From Armatimonadota bacterium (lineage in GTDB: Bacteria; Vulcanimicrobiota; JACPDS01; JBDRKI01): a stretch of DNA of 64,000 bases. The translations under genes were made by a program, and so were the position numbers. Where the stretch lies: assembly GCA_043814095.1 (NCBI GenBank), contig JBDRKI010000036.1:51598-115597 (forward strand). Reading direction: 5' to 3'. Shown one piece after another: positions 39,761 to 48,686 of the stretch. The notes under the pieces were generated by a model, which had not been told where the DNA came from, did no database searches, and saw nothing but the letters and a program-made list of their open reading frames with translations. Every line of letters starts with the position of its first letter. Positions within the stretch are counted from its first letter, which is position 1.

Positions 39761-41884
39761 TTATTCTATCTCATATACCTTACCTTTGTAGCATACTATT
39801 ACTTTATCTCCTGCTGATAGGTATTTTGCAAGGCTGGTATCATTTGTAAGCTGGTAGTATTTTTTGCTTAAGAATTTCACTTTTATGGTTTTTCCACCCT
39901 TGTATTCAGAATCTACCCATACGCCTTTTTTAAGGTAGAAAGTCTTATTGCCTATCTGTTTTATATTCACAGTATAATCTTCTTCGTTTTGGGGGGCGTA
40001 CTGGTTATTTGTGCTCTGCTTCATTGCCTGTATGTTTTTGCTTGTCTGGACAGCCTGTTTTCCGCTTGCGGGCGCGCTTTGAGATATCGAGCTTGACTGG
40101 CCCATAAACAGGTCGCGAGCTTCTTCTTTTTCGTATGATGCCGGAGCATCTTCTTTAACCAGGAATGAGGTGTAAGGAGTTATTATGCCGTATTTTTTGG
40201 AAAGGCTGATGATCTCGTCAATTAATTCCTTATTCTCGCCCTTTATCCTTATATTTTCAAGCAGGTACCCGATCCTTCTCATTGCCCATAGCTGGGCTAT
40301 GAATTCACCTGATGTTTCTGATTTATTAAAGCTTGCTTCATATACGAAAGTCTTGGTTTTTCCGGATTGTGTACCGGTCAAGGTGATTAATGAGTTTCCG
40401 CTTCCTTTATACCTGCCTACTGCAACAAGCTGGCTTCCCTTGAATATATCGGGAAGGTCTTTGGGGTATATATCGCTTGTCTTTATTTTTGAGAACTTTA
40501 AGGTTATATCAGATAATACCGGTTCGCTTATTTTGCTGTAGAAACTGGATATCGCGGTTTCAAGCTCTTCACCGGGATTAACGTACGCGGGCACGCCTTT
40601 ATTGTTGTTTGCGAGCTGGTCTAAGAGTATCGTATTAACATCATAACCTACACCGAAAGTGTAAAGGCGCGTATTTTTATTGTGCTTTCTTACTGTTTCT
40701 AATATATCTGCGGGTTTTGTATTTCCTACAGTGGGGAGCCCGTCTGTAAGGAATATGAGGTATCGGGGTTTATTGTTTTGGGAAAAAAGCTTTAAAGAAG
40801 TTGTCATAGCTTCATATATATTTGTACCGCCGTTTGCGTCAAGCTTTTCAGCGAATTTTAAAGATTTCTGTTTGTTTGCTGGGGTTGCTTTAATATTTTT
40901 ATCTGAGAAAAGGTGTATGTTATCACTGAAAGATACAACATTAAAGTAATCTCCGGGGTTTAATTTTGAAAGACAGAACTTTAAAGTCTTTTTGGCATAA
41001 TCTATTTTACCTGTATCATTCATACTGCCTGAAGTATCAATTACGAAAACTATTTCCTTGGGCATTATTTTGGTTTTGTTTGTTTCTTCTTTCGGGGAGA
41101 GAAGAAGAAGGAAATAGCCGTCGGATGACGGGTCTTCCTTGTATGTTACAAGGTTAAGTCCGAAGTCTTTCTGGGATACGGAATAGTATAAGACAAAATC
41201 TTTATCCGGGAGAGTATTATTTTTTTCGTAGCTTGCTTCTACGGTATAGTCATTTACTCTTGTGACAGATATGTTATGTGAAGGCGAATACACGTTTTTT
41301 ATGGGGAGCTTGGATTTTATCTTTACACTTACAGTTACTTCTTCAAGGGGTCTTGAAGAGAATTTCTCTGTGGAAAGGGGATACACAAGCTTAACCAGCC
41401 CGTTATCCATTTTAAGCATATCGGTATATTCCAGCTTTATCCTTTTTTCGCCGTTTGCCGGTATCGGGAATATTCTTGCGGAGAAAGTATTTTTATCCAC
41501 GTATTCCAGAAGGGCGGGATCTCTCATCTGCCTTACTATATCTTCATATACTTTTCTTGCTTCATCTTTAGAAAGGAGTGTGGCATCTACCATTTTGCCG
41601 TCAACATCCATTGCGAATTTTGATATTGCCGCATCCTCGGGAAGGGGGAATAAATACCTTCCTTCAAGCTGGTAGTTGTTGGGGTTTTTAAAGACCTGAT
41701 CAATTTTTACAATAGCCACCTGATTATTTACATCTATATTTACCCGGTGGTATTTTATGGCAAGAGGGGTAGGCTGGGGGAGGTCGCGTATGGGCGTGGG
41801 TATGATTATCCCGTCAGCCCAGAGGATTCCTGTTAAGAGAAACAGGAGAGTTAAAAAAGCAGTAATTGTTGTTATTTTTCTCAT
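39761..41884 (-). CDS. Secreted VIT (vault protein inter-alpha-trypsin) plus VWA domain protein
   Basis: Signal peptide from ATG 41884 (track start 41965); DPALLEY; MIDAS DTSGS, FLTDG, FGVG. Confidence 0.88.
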   Translation of the reverse strand: MRKITTITAFLTLLFLLTGILWADGIIIPTPIRDLPQPTPLAIKYHRVNIDVNNQVAIVKIDQVFKNPNNYQLEGRYLFPLPEDAAISKFAMDVDGKMVDATLLSKDEARKVYEDIVRQMRDPALLEYVDKNTFSARIFPIPANGEKRIKLEYTDMLKMDNGLVKLVYPLSTEKFSSRPLEEVTVSVKIKSKLPIKNVYSPSHNISVTRVNDYTVEASYEKNNTLPDKDFVLYYSVSQKDFGLNLVTYKEDPSSDGYFLLLLSPKEETNKTKIMPKEIVFVIDTSGSMNDTGKIDYAKKTLKFCLSKLNPGDYFNVVSFSDNIHLFSDKNIKATPANKQKSLKFAEKLDANGGTNIYEAMTTSLKLFSQNNKPRYLIFLTDGLPTVGNTKPADILETVRKHNKNTRLYTFGVGYDVNTILLDQLANNNKGVPAYVNPGEELETAISSFYSKISEPVLSDITLKFSKIKTSDIYPKDLPDIFKGSQLVAVGRYKGSGNSLITLTGTQSGKTKTFVYEASFNKSETSGEFIAQLWAMRRIGYLLENIRIKGENKELIDEIISLSKKYGIITPYTSFLVKEDAPASYEKEEARDLFMGQSSSISQSAPASGKQAVQTSKNIQAMKQSTNNQYAPQNEEDYTVNIKQIGNKTFYLKKGVWVDSEYKGGKTIKVKFLSKKYYQLTNDTSLAKYLSAGDKVIVCYKGKVYEIE

Positions 41885-42098
41885 TTTTTTATTCCTTTCC
41901 TTTCTTTTTTTCTTTTTTGTATTTTTAAGGAGAAGTGTTCTCCTTATTAATCTGTCGTTAAACATATTAGGTTATTTCATAATGTATGTTTTTCTGTTTA
42001 TAATGAAATTGCCCTTCAGCTCACGGATCTAAAGGTCCTATTGCGGTTTTCTATAATATATTATAATATAGGTGAAACTTTTTTATCGGGGTGGATAT

Positions 42099-43115
42099 AT
42101 GTTAATAGATAATCTCTGGAAAAAGGGTAAGGATTTTCTGGGAGTAAAGTATCCCATTATATCAGGCGGGATGACCTGGATAAGCGATTTTGATCTTGTA
42201 AAAGCGGTATGTGATAACGGCGCGTTCGGTGTTTTTGCAGGCGGGAATATGCCGCCTGAGCTTTTTGAAAAAGAACTGGATAAGTGCATAGAGGGGATAG
42301 ATAAGCCGTTTGGTGTTAACCTTATCACTATAGCACCTAATTACAGGGCTCAGTATGAGATAGTCCAGCGTAAAAACGTGCCATTTGTTATTTTCGCGGG
42401 CAACTTTCCCAAGCAGAATGATATTTTAAATATGAAAAAAGCCGGCAAAAAGACTCTGTCTTTCGCCTCGGGACAGGCCATAGCGGAAAGGCAGATCGCT
42501 TTCGGCATTGACGGTCTGATACTTGAAGGGAGCGAGGCCGGCGGCCATATAGGTTATGTGTCTTTAATTGTTCTTCTCCAGCAGGTTCTCTTTGCTTGCA
42601 GGGATTTCCCGATATTTGTCGCGGGCGGTCTTGGAATGGGCAGGATCATGGCCCATCTTCTTCTTATGGGAGCGGCAGGCTGCCAGTTCGGTACATTATT
42701 TGTTATGACCGAAGAATGCACGGCCCATGAGAATTTTAAAAAAGTATTTAAAAGGGCCCGTTCAAGAGAAGCAATAGCAACGCCCCAGTATGATTCAAAA
42801 CTTCCCGTTGTCGCGGTAAGGGCATTAAAGAATAAAGCAATGGAAGGTTTCGGCCTGCTGCAGCTTGAGCTTTTAAAGAAGCTTGAATCAGGTGAAATTT
42901 CTAAAGAGCAGGCCCAGTTTGAGGTTGAAAACTACTGGGTAGGGTCTTTAAGGAATGCGGTTATAGACGGTGATGTAGAAGGCGGTTCTTTAATGGCGGG
43001 GCAGAGCGTGGGCCTTATAGATGAGATAAAACCCATGAAGCAGGTTATTGAAGATCTGATAAATGACGCGGAAGATGAAATTAAAAGAGTAAAGGGTATT
43101 ATTTCCTCTTTATAG
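42099..43115 (+). CDS. fabK: Enoyl-ACP reductase II (FabK)/nitronate monooxygenase family flavoprotein
   Basis: YPIISGGM, EGSEAGGH, VAGG, GSLMAGQS; track start 42072. Confidence 0.7.
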   Translation: MLIDNLWKKGKDFLGVKYPIISGGMTWISDFDLVKAVCDNGAFGVFAGGNMPPELFEKELDKCIEGIDKPFGVNLITIAPNYRAQYEIVQRKNVPFVIFAGNFPKQNDILNMKKAGKKTLSFASGQAIAERQIAFGIDGLILEGSEAGGHIGYVSLIVLLQQVLFACRDFPIFVAGGLGMGRIMAHLLLMGAAGCQFGTLFVMTEECTAHENFKKVFKRARSREAIATPQYDSKLPVVAVRALKNKAMEGFGLLQLELLKKLESGEISKEQAQFEVENYWVGSLRNAVIDGDVEGGSLMAGQSVGLIDEIKPMKQVIEDLINDAEDEIKRVKGIISSL

Positions 43116-43118
43116 AAA

Positions 43119-43146
43119 TTGACTTTTATAATAGATTTGCTATAAT
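43119..43146 (+). promoter_or_regulatory. Sigma70-type promoter of tRNA-Leu
   Basis: TTGACT-N16-TATAAT with TGn extension. Confidence 0.65.
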
Positions 43147-43163
43147 CTTCTTTATAAACCAGT

Positions 43164-43248
43164 GCGGAAGTGGCGGAATTGGTATACGCGTACGTTTGAG
43201 GGGCGTATGGGATTTCCCGTGTGGGTTCAAGTCCCACCTTCCGCACCA
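43164..43248 (+). tRNA. tRNA-Leu(GAG), bacterial type with encoded CCA
   Basis: GCGGAAG/CTTCCGC acceptor stem, anticodon arm TACGT-TTGAGGG-GCGTA, long variable arm, GGTTCAAGTCC T-loop, ACCA end. Confidence 0.96.
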
Positions 43249-43257
43249 TAAAGAGAT

Positions 43258-43286
43258 AAAAACTTCGGTATTTGCCGGAGTTTTTT
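43258..43286. terminator. Bidirectional terminator after tRNA
   Basis: AAAAACTTCGGT-ATTT-GCCGGAGTTTTT. Confidence 0.65.
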
Positions 43287-43290
43287 GTTT

Positions 43291-43905
43291 TTATTTCTCT
43301 ATCTTATACCCTTTAAGTTCGTGTGTTAAGCTTAAAGGGGGAAGCCCAGAGGTTTCTTTAATAAGGCCTATTCCCGCGGCATACCATCTTTGAACCGTTA
43401 TTTTTCTATCCATTCCGGCATCTGCCGTTATATCGATTTTAAAAGCCTTAAAAGTTCCCGCCGGCACCGTAACTTTTTCAAACGCGGCTACTTTAAAGTT
43501 AAAAGTTATATCCCCGGTATCTTTAAATTTGCCCGTCCATACCCAGCTTTTGCCTGTTTTTAAAGGGAGCTTCATTATAGTCTGCGGAGGGGTTAGTTTC
43601 ACCTTGATATTGTTATTATTATATGTTTTCATAACGGCAAGAACTTCTTTATTATTTTTATCATAATAATCTTTCTGCATTATTTCTTTATCCATTATGG
43701 TTTCCATAACGGCACATTGTATATTATCAATATTTTCTTCTCCGTTTACGACAACTATCAGATCCTTATCCCCGAATTTATATATCCATTCCGAGTCTTG
43801 AGTAAGAGGAAAATAATCGGGCTGTTTAAATAAGCCGGAGAAGAAAAACAAAGCCAGAATAAAGAGTATTAACAGTAATAATGTAATAGTTTTTAATTTG
43901 TTCAT
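43291..43905 (-). CDS. Exported hypothetical protein (DUF3108-like beta fold)
   Basis: N-terminal TM; DYFPL, EKVTVPAGTF, WYAAGIGLIK. Confidence 0.65.
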   Translation of the reverse strand: MNKLKTITLLLLILFILALFFFSGLFKQPDYFPLTQDSEWIYKFGDKDLIVVVNGEENIDNIQCAVMETIMDKEIMQKDYYDKNNKEVLAVMKTYNNNNIKVKLTPPQTIMKLPLKTGKSWVWTGKFKDTGDITFNFKVAAFEKVTVPAGTFKAFKIDITADAGMDRKITVQRWYAAGIGLIKETSGLPPLSLTHELKGYKIEK

Positions 43906-44125
43906 TTATCCTCCGTTATATAATTTATAATTCTTATTAAATTATGCCTATTCCTTTTATTTTTCTTTTAAAGGAATAGGCATAGTAATTGCGAAGAAAG
44001 CTACAAATTTAAACAGGGGGGTTGTAAACCCTGGTACTTTTTATTTATAATAGAAAAGAATAAAAAAAAAGCATTAAGTGTAGTATTGTATAAGACTTAA
44101 CTTGTTTACTATTTTGGAGGTAAAA

Positions 44126-45832
44126 ATGAGATTAGTAGAATGTGTACCTAATTTCAGCGAAGGCAGGGATATGTCCGTAATAGACGCCATTACAAATGAG
44201 ATAAAATCGGTAAAAGATGTACAGCTCTTAGATGTTGATCCAGGGGCTGATACAAACAGGACTGTTGTAACTTTTGTAGGCACGCCCGAGATGGTAGGTG
44301 AAGCCGCGTTTAAGGCGGTTAAGAAGGCATCCGAGCTTATTGATATGTCAAAACATAAAGGCGCTCACGCGAGAATGGGGGCAACTGATGTATGTCCCTT
44401 TATACCGGTTAGCGGTGTCACAATGCAAGAGTGTGTCCAAATTTCAAAGAGAGTAGGGGAAAGGGTAGCAAAAGAATTAAATATCCCCGTGTATTTTTAT
44501 GAATTTTCGGCAAACTGCGAAGAAAGAAAAAATCTTGCTAATATAAGGCAGGGAGAGTATGAATGCCTGCCTGAAAAATTAAAAGATCCCAAATGGAAAC
44601 CTGACTGCGGGGATGCTTGCTTTAATTCAAAAGCAGGCGTCACTGTTATGGGAGCAAGGCAATTCTTAATCGCATATAACATAAACTTAAACACAAAAGA
44701 CAAAAAACTCGCTCATGAGATAGCTTTAAACATACGCGAGGCAGGCCGCTCAAAAAAAGATGCCGAAGGCAATATTATAAGGGATGATAATGGCAAAGCA
44801 ATTAAGGTGCCCGGTATATTTAAGGGATTAAAAGCGGTCGGCTGGTATATAGATGAATACAAGCAGGCGCAGGTATCAATGAATATAACGGATCATCACG
44901 AGACACCTGTCCATATTATTTTTGATGAAGTATGTAATCAAGCGGAGAAACTCGGCCTGCGCGTTACAGGCAGTGAGCTTGTAGGGCTTATTCCCAAAGA
45001 TGCCATGATAGACGCGGGAGTTCATTACCTTTCTAAACAGGGTAAATCAACGGGTATTCCTGAAGAAGATATAATTCTCACAGCCATACAGTCTTTAGGG
45101 CTTGAGGATATATCCGAATTTGATCCCAAAAAGAAGGTTATAGAATACAGGCTTACCGAAGATGCTAAAAAAGACAGGCAGTTCTTAAGGTATATGACGC
45201 TGCGTGGATTTGCAAATGAGCTCTCAACGGATTCTCCGGCTCCCGGCGGCGGGTCTGTTGCCGCATTATCGGCAAGCATGGGAAGCGCTCTCTCATCAAT
45301 GGTAGCCAATCTTACCATAGGTAAAAAGGGTTATGAAAAAGTAACTGAAAAGATGAAAGAGATCGCGGTATCGGGCCAGAAGCTTAAGGATGAGTTTCTC
45401 CTTTTAATTGATGAAGATACGGATGCATTTAGTGAAGTTATGGCCGCAATGAAGCTTCCTAAAAAATCTGATGAAGATAAAAAAATAAGGCAGAAAGCAA
45501 TAGAAGATGCAAATAAATACGCAGCCGAGATTCCTCTAAAAGTACTTGAGAAAACTACAGAAATTTTCCCTCTTGCAAAAGAAGTGGCACAATCTGGCAA
45601 CCAGAATTCATTATCTGATTCAGGTGTTGCCGCTATATGCGCTCAAGCAGCAGCCCGCAGTGCGTATTACAATGTTATAATTAATCTTCAGTCTATAGAA
45701 GACAAAAAATTTGTAGAAGAAACAAGGAAAAAAGCGGACCAGCTTCTTGATAAAGCTTACGGCATGTATAAAGAAGTAAGGGGTATTGTTGATAAGGCAT
45801 TAGGATTGGAGCAGGCTGTAGGCGCTAAGTAA
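44126..45832 (+). CDS. ftcd: Glutamate formiminotransferase-cyclodeaminase (bifunctional)
   Basis: LVECVPNFSEG, HARMGATDVCPF, GSELVGL, PAPGGGSVAA; track start 44102. Confidence 0.93.
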   Translation: MRLVECVPNFSEGRDMSVIDAITNEIKSVKDVQLLDVDPGADTNRTVVTFVGTPEMVGEAAFKAVKKASELIDMSKHKGAHARMGATDVCPFIPVSGVTMQECVQISKRVGERVAKELNIPVYFYEFSANCEERKNLANIRQGEYECLPEKLKDPKWKPDCGDACFNSKAGVTVMGARQFLIAYNINLNTKDKKLAHEIALNIREAGRSKKDAEGNIIRDDNGKAIKVPGIFKGLKAVGWYIDEYKQAQVSMNITDHHETPVHIIFDEVCNQAEKLGLRVTGSELVGLIPKDAMIDAGVHYLSKQGKSTGIPEEDIILTAIQSLGLEDISEFDPKKKVIEYRLTEDAKKDRQFLRYMTLRGFANELSTDSPAPGGGSVAALSASMGSALSSMVANLTIGKKGYEKVTEKMKEIAVSGQKLKDEFLLLIDEDTDAFSEVMAAMKLPKKSDEDKKIRQKAIEDANKYAAEIPLKVLEKTTEIFPLAKEVAQSGNQNSLSDSGVAAICAQAAARSAYYNVIINLQSIEDKKFVEETRKKADQLLDKAYGMYKEVRGIVDKALGLEQAVGAK

Positions 45833-46908
45833 TGAGAAAAACTTCAAGAATAATAATAACATTATTTTTATTCGTATTAACATTAACTTGTGCGGGGTGG
45901 TGTGTGTTAACTGACTTATATCAAGAAAAAAATATGGCGCAGTTTAAAAAAGGTAAATTTATAAATACAGAATTTAATAATGATGGCAGTATAGTATTAA
46001 AACAAGGATTTACATACGGTGAATATATTTCTATTCCGGTTGCCGCAAAATTTAAATTTAATGAAGCCATAATATCATGGAATTGCAAAACAAGCCCTGA
46101 TACCGGCATAGCCGTGTATTTAAGGGCCGGTGAGCAGAAGCGCTGGACAAGCTGGTACCTTATGGGGCAGTGGGGTTATACTGCTGTAAAAAATTATGAT
46201 GAGAAGATTAAAAAAGACACGCTCGGCAAAGTTAACGATGATACTCTTTTATTAAAGAATAAAGAAAATATGTTCCAGTACAGGATTTTATTCTTTTCAA
46301 AAGATAAAAAAGAATCCCCGCAGGTTAAAATGATATCAGTCTGCTATAGTGATATAAAAACAAATAAGAAAGTAAGTATTAAGAAAGCTAAAGATTTTAG
46401 TAGGATAATTGAAGTTCCTTACCGCAGCCAGAAGGTTGAGAAAGATAACATAAGCGGTAAGATATGCGGGCCTACATCCTTATCCATGATAATGGAGTAT
46501 TATAAGATTAACCTGCCGACAGAGAAAACAGCTTATGCCTGTTATGATAAGCCTAATGATATTTACGGGAACTGGCCTTATCTTGTTGCATATGCTTCTG
46601 AAAATAATTTAACAGGATGGGTTCAGTATTTTACAAGCTTAGAGCAGTTAAAGGAAGAGATTTCAAAAGGGTATCCTGTTATCGTAGGTATAGCATTCGG
46701 TGAGGGTCAGCTTACGGGTTCTCCCGTACCTTCCAGTCCGGGGCACCTTCTTGTTGTGCGCGGTTTTGATAAGAACGGTAATGTGTATGTAAACGATCCT
46801 GCATTTAAAACCAGGGAAAAAGGTGTGCGGGGATATAAAAGGGATGAATTTACAAAAGCATGGCTGAAGCAGGGGTTGGGGGTTGTTCTTCTGTTCAGAG
46901 AACAGTAG
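45832..46908 (+). CDS. Exported peptidase C39-like protein
   Basis: SQ..ICGPTS, YGNW, GHLLVVRGF, VNDP. Confidence 0.8.
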   Translation: MRKTSRIIITLFLFVLTLTCAGWCVLTDLYQEKNMAQFKKGKFINTEFNNDGSIVLKQGFTYGEYISIPVAAKFKFNEAIISWNCKTSPDTGIAVYLRAGEQKRWTSWYLMGQWGYTAVKNYDEKIKKDTLGKVNDDTLLLKNKENMFQYRILFFSKDKKESPQVKMISVCYSDIKTNKKVSIKKAKDFSRIIEVPYRSQKVEKDNISGKICGPTSLSMIMEYYKINLPTEKTAYACYDKPNDIYGNWPYLVAYASENNLTGWVQYFTSLEQLKEEISKGYPVIVGIAFGEGQLTGSPVPSSPGHLLVVRGFDKNGNVYVNDPAFKTREKGVRGYKRDEFTKAWLKQGLGVVLLFREQ

Positions 46909-46941
46909 AAATCCTTATTTTTAAGTATTTTTTATGAATAC

Positions 46942-46970
46942 AGGAGCATGATTTACCATGCTCCTATTTT
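46942..46970 (+). terminator. Intrinsic terminator
   Basis: AGGAGCATG-ATTTAC-CATGCTCCT-ATTTT. Confidence 0.65.
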
Positions 46971-47014
46971 AATGCTAATTTTATCCTTTAAATTTATGAT
47001 GTGAAGAGCAAAAA

Positions 47015-47070
47015 AGTTAACAATTTGTTAACAATTTGGCAATAATTTAGCAATATAATTATGTTAATAT
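47015..47070 (+). promoter_or_regulatory. 11-bp direct-repeat array, copy 3
   Basis: AGTTAACAATT TGTTAACAATT TGGCAATAATT TAGCAATATAA TTATGTTAATAT. Confidence 0.65.
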
Positions 47071-47126
47071 TTAATTAATAAGGAATAACAATAAGAGTAT
47101 GATCGGAAAAATATCTGGAGGTAAGT

Positions 47127-47411
47127 ATGAATATCGGGAGTATGAAAATCAGCGGGCAGAATAAAGCAGGGAGCTTATTTGGAGCAATACCTATACACAA
47201 AGAAACAGACATAGATAAACTTATTAAGAAGCTACGAAAGACACCTAACAGGTTGGAGCGCATGACTATAATATGGCGGCTGTGTGATTTATACTATCAG
47301 CTTGATTATAGTAAGCGCAAAGAAATTAGAAGAGTTATAGAAAAAGTAGCTTCAGATGATGTGGATGAAAATGTGCGCAGGTGGGCGGATTATAAATTAG
47401 ACGGAAAATAA
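47127..47411 (+). CDS. Small HEAT-repeat-like protein
   Basis: GGAGG RBS; DDVDENVRRWA HEAT-like end. Confidence 0.55.
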   Translation: MNIGSMKISGQNKAGSLFGAIPIHKETDIDKLIKKLRKTPNRLERMTIIWRLCDLYYQLDYSKRKEIRRVIEKVASDDVDENVRRWADYKLDGK

Positions 47412-47447
47412 AATATATAAACCTATTTATAATAACAGGGGGAAAAT

Positions 47448-48098
47448 ATGGGATTCAGGATAATAGATGCGGCAAAAGAAAAGGTTAAGTTTATACCCAA
47501 AGAAGCATCCGCCGGTATGAAAACACAGATTAAATTAGATTCTGTTAAAGGAAAGGGCGCAAGGGTGGCTTTAGCTGAGATGCTGAACTTTTTTGACAAA
47601 GACATAAACGGCACCTTAGAAGGTGATGAATTAAAAGCACTTTATAAAGTAGTGGGGGAGAGCATATCTGTTAAAGAAGTAGCAGATGTACTGATTAAGA
47701 AATCAACTAAGGGAGAGTTTACTGAAAAACTTCATGCTGTTAGCGCCATGGGCCACCTTGGTACTGTTACGGATGAGGTTGTACCCGCTCTTATTGATGC
47801 CGTAAAAAGGGACAGCGATATTTTATGCTGTGGCGCGGCATCTTCACTTGGAATAATAGGTGAGAAAGCAAGACCTGCAGTCCCGGCACTTGCGGCTAAA
47901 CTGAAAGATGAAACAGTAGCCGAGGAAGCATACAGCTCTATAACTTTTGCTCTTGCCGTTATAATCCCGAAAACAAACCGCACTAAGGAAGAAGAGTCTG
48001 CAGTTAAGCTCATTAATGAAATTGCAGGGGATAAAAACCATGTATTTCAAGATTATGCTAAAAAAGCCCAGAAGCTTATGAATCAAAAGAAAAAATAG
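47448..48098 (+). CDS. HEAT-repeat protein with an EF-hand-like loop
   Basis: DKDINGTLEGDE; VVPALIDA, AASSLGIIG, AVPALAAKLKD. Confidence 0.7.
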   Translation: MGFRIIDAAKEKVKFIPKEASAGMKTQIKLDSVKGKGARVALAEMLNFFDKDINGTLEGDELKALYKVVGESISVKEVADVLIKKSTKGEFTEKLHAVSAMGHLGTVTDEVVPALIDAVKRDSDILCCGAASSLGIIGEKARPAVPALAAKLKDETVAEEAYSSITFALAVIIPKTNRTKEEESAVKLINEIAGDKNHVFQDYAKKAQKLMNQKKK

Positions 48099-48107
48099 GG
48101 GGAGATT

Positions 48108-48677
48108 ATGTCTTTTCAGATTAGTAATATCAAGTCTGCTTCCTTATACGGCAGTAAAAATGTTCTTAAAAATGATATGGCGGAAAGATATCTTAATAAG
48201 CTTTTTGTGGCCATGAAGGAGAATAATGAAGAAGAGATATCAGTCTGTATAGAAGGACTTGCTAATTTAGACATCCGTTCACAGAATATTGATCACTATA
48301 TTACTGAATTAGTAAAGTATGAAAATCCCGATATAAGTTCTCTGGCGGCATGGGCAGCAGGCAGGCTCGGGATAAAAGAAGCAGTGCCTGAGCTTATAAA
48401 CATGCTTAAGAATAAAGATGACAATGTTTTTTCCAGTGCAATTATTGCATTAGGGAAGATAGGTGATGAAAGAGCCGTTAACCCTCTTTTATTTTCTCTT
48501 GACAGAAAAAATATGTACCAGGATCAGTTTATATCCATAATTAGGTCGCTGGGAGAGATAGGGTCTAAGAAAGCTCTAAGAACTCTTTTATATATATCAA
48601 ATGATAAACAGCAGCCTGTAAAAATACAATCAGCCGCTAAAAGTGCGGTTGATAAGATTAAGGAAAACAATAAGTAA
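48108..48677 (+). CDS. HEAT-repeat (PBS lyase-like) protein
   Basis: AAWAAGRLG, AVPELINML, ALGKIGDERAV, SLGEIGS. Confidence 0.8.
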   Translation: MSFQISNIKSASLYGSKNVLKNDMAERYLNKLFVAMKENNEEEISVCIEGLANLDIRSQNIDHYITELVKYENPDISSLAAWAAGRLGIKEAVPELINMLKNKDDNVFSSAIIALGKIGDERAVNPLLFSLDRKNMYQDQFISIIRSLGEIGSKKALRTLLYISNDKQQPVKIQSAAKSAVDKIKENNK

Positions 48678-48686
48678 AAAATTTAT

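Noticed and set aside
41926-41947. AAGGAGAA-GTG-TTCTCCTT hairpin in the VIT/VWA leader as an attenuator
   Set aside because: No U-tract in the transcribed direction and no alternative structure or leader peptide evident
42932-43393. ORFs overlapping tRNA-Leu
   Set aside because: Translation artefacts of the tRNA and flanking genes
43164-43905. tRNA-Leu as an integration site of an island
   Set aside because: No integrase and no duplicated tRNA 3' end seen
47037-47052. Sigma54 -24/-12 promoter (TGGCA-N-TAGCA, GG-N10-GC)
   Set aside because: Only copy 3 has the GC at the right spacing; it follows from the 11-bp periodicity and is missing in copies 1 and 2
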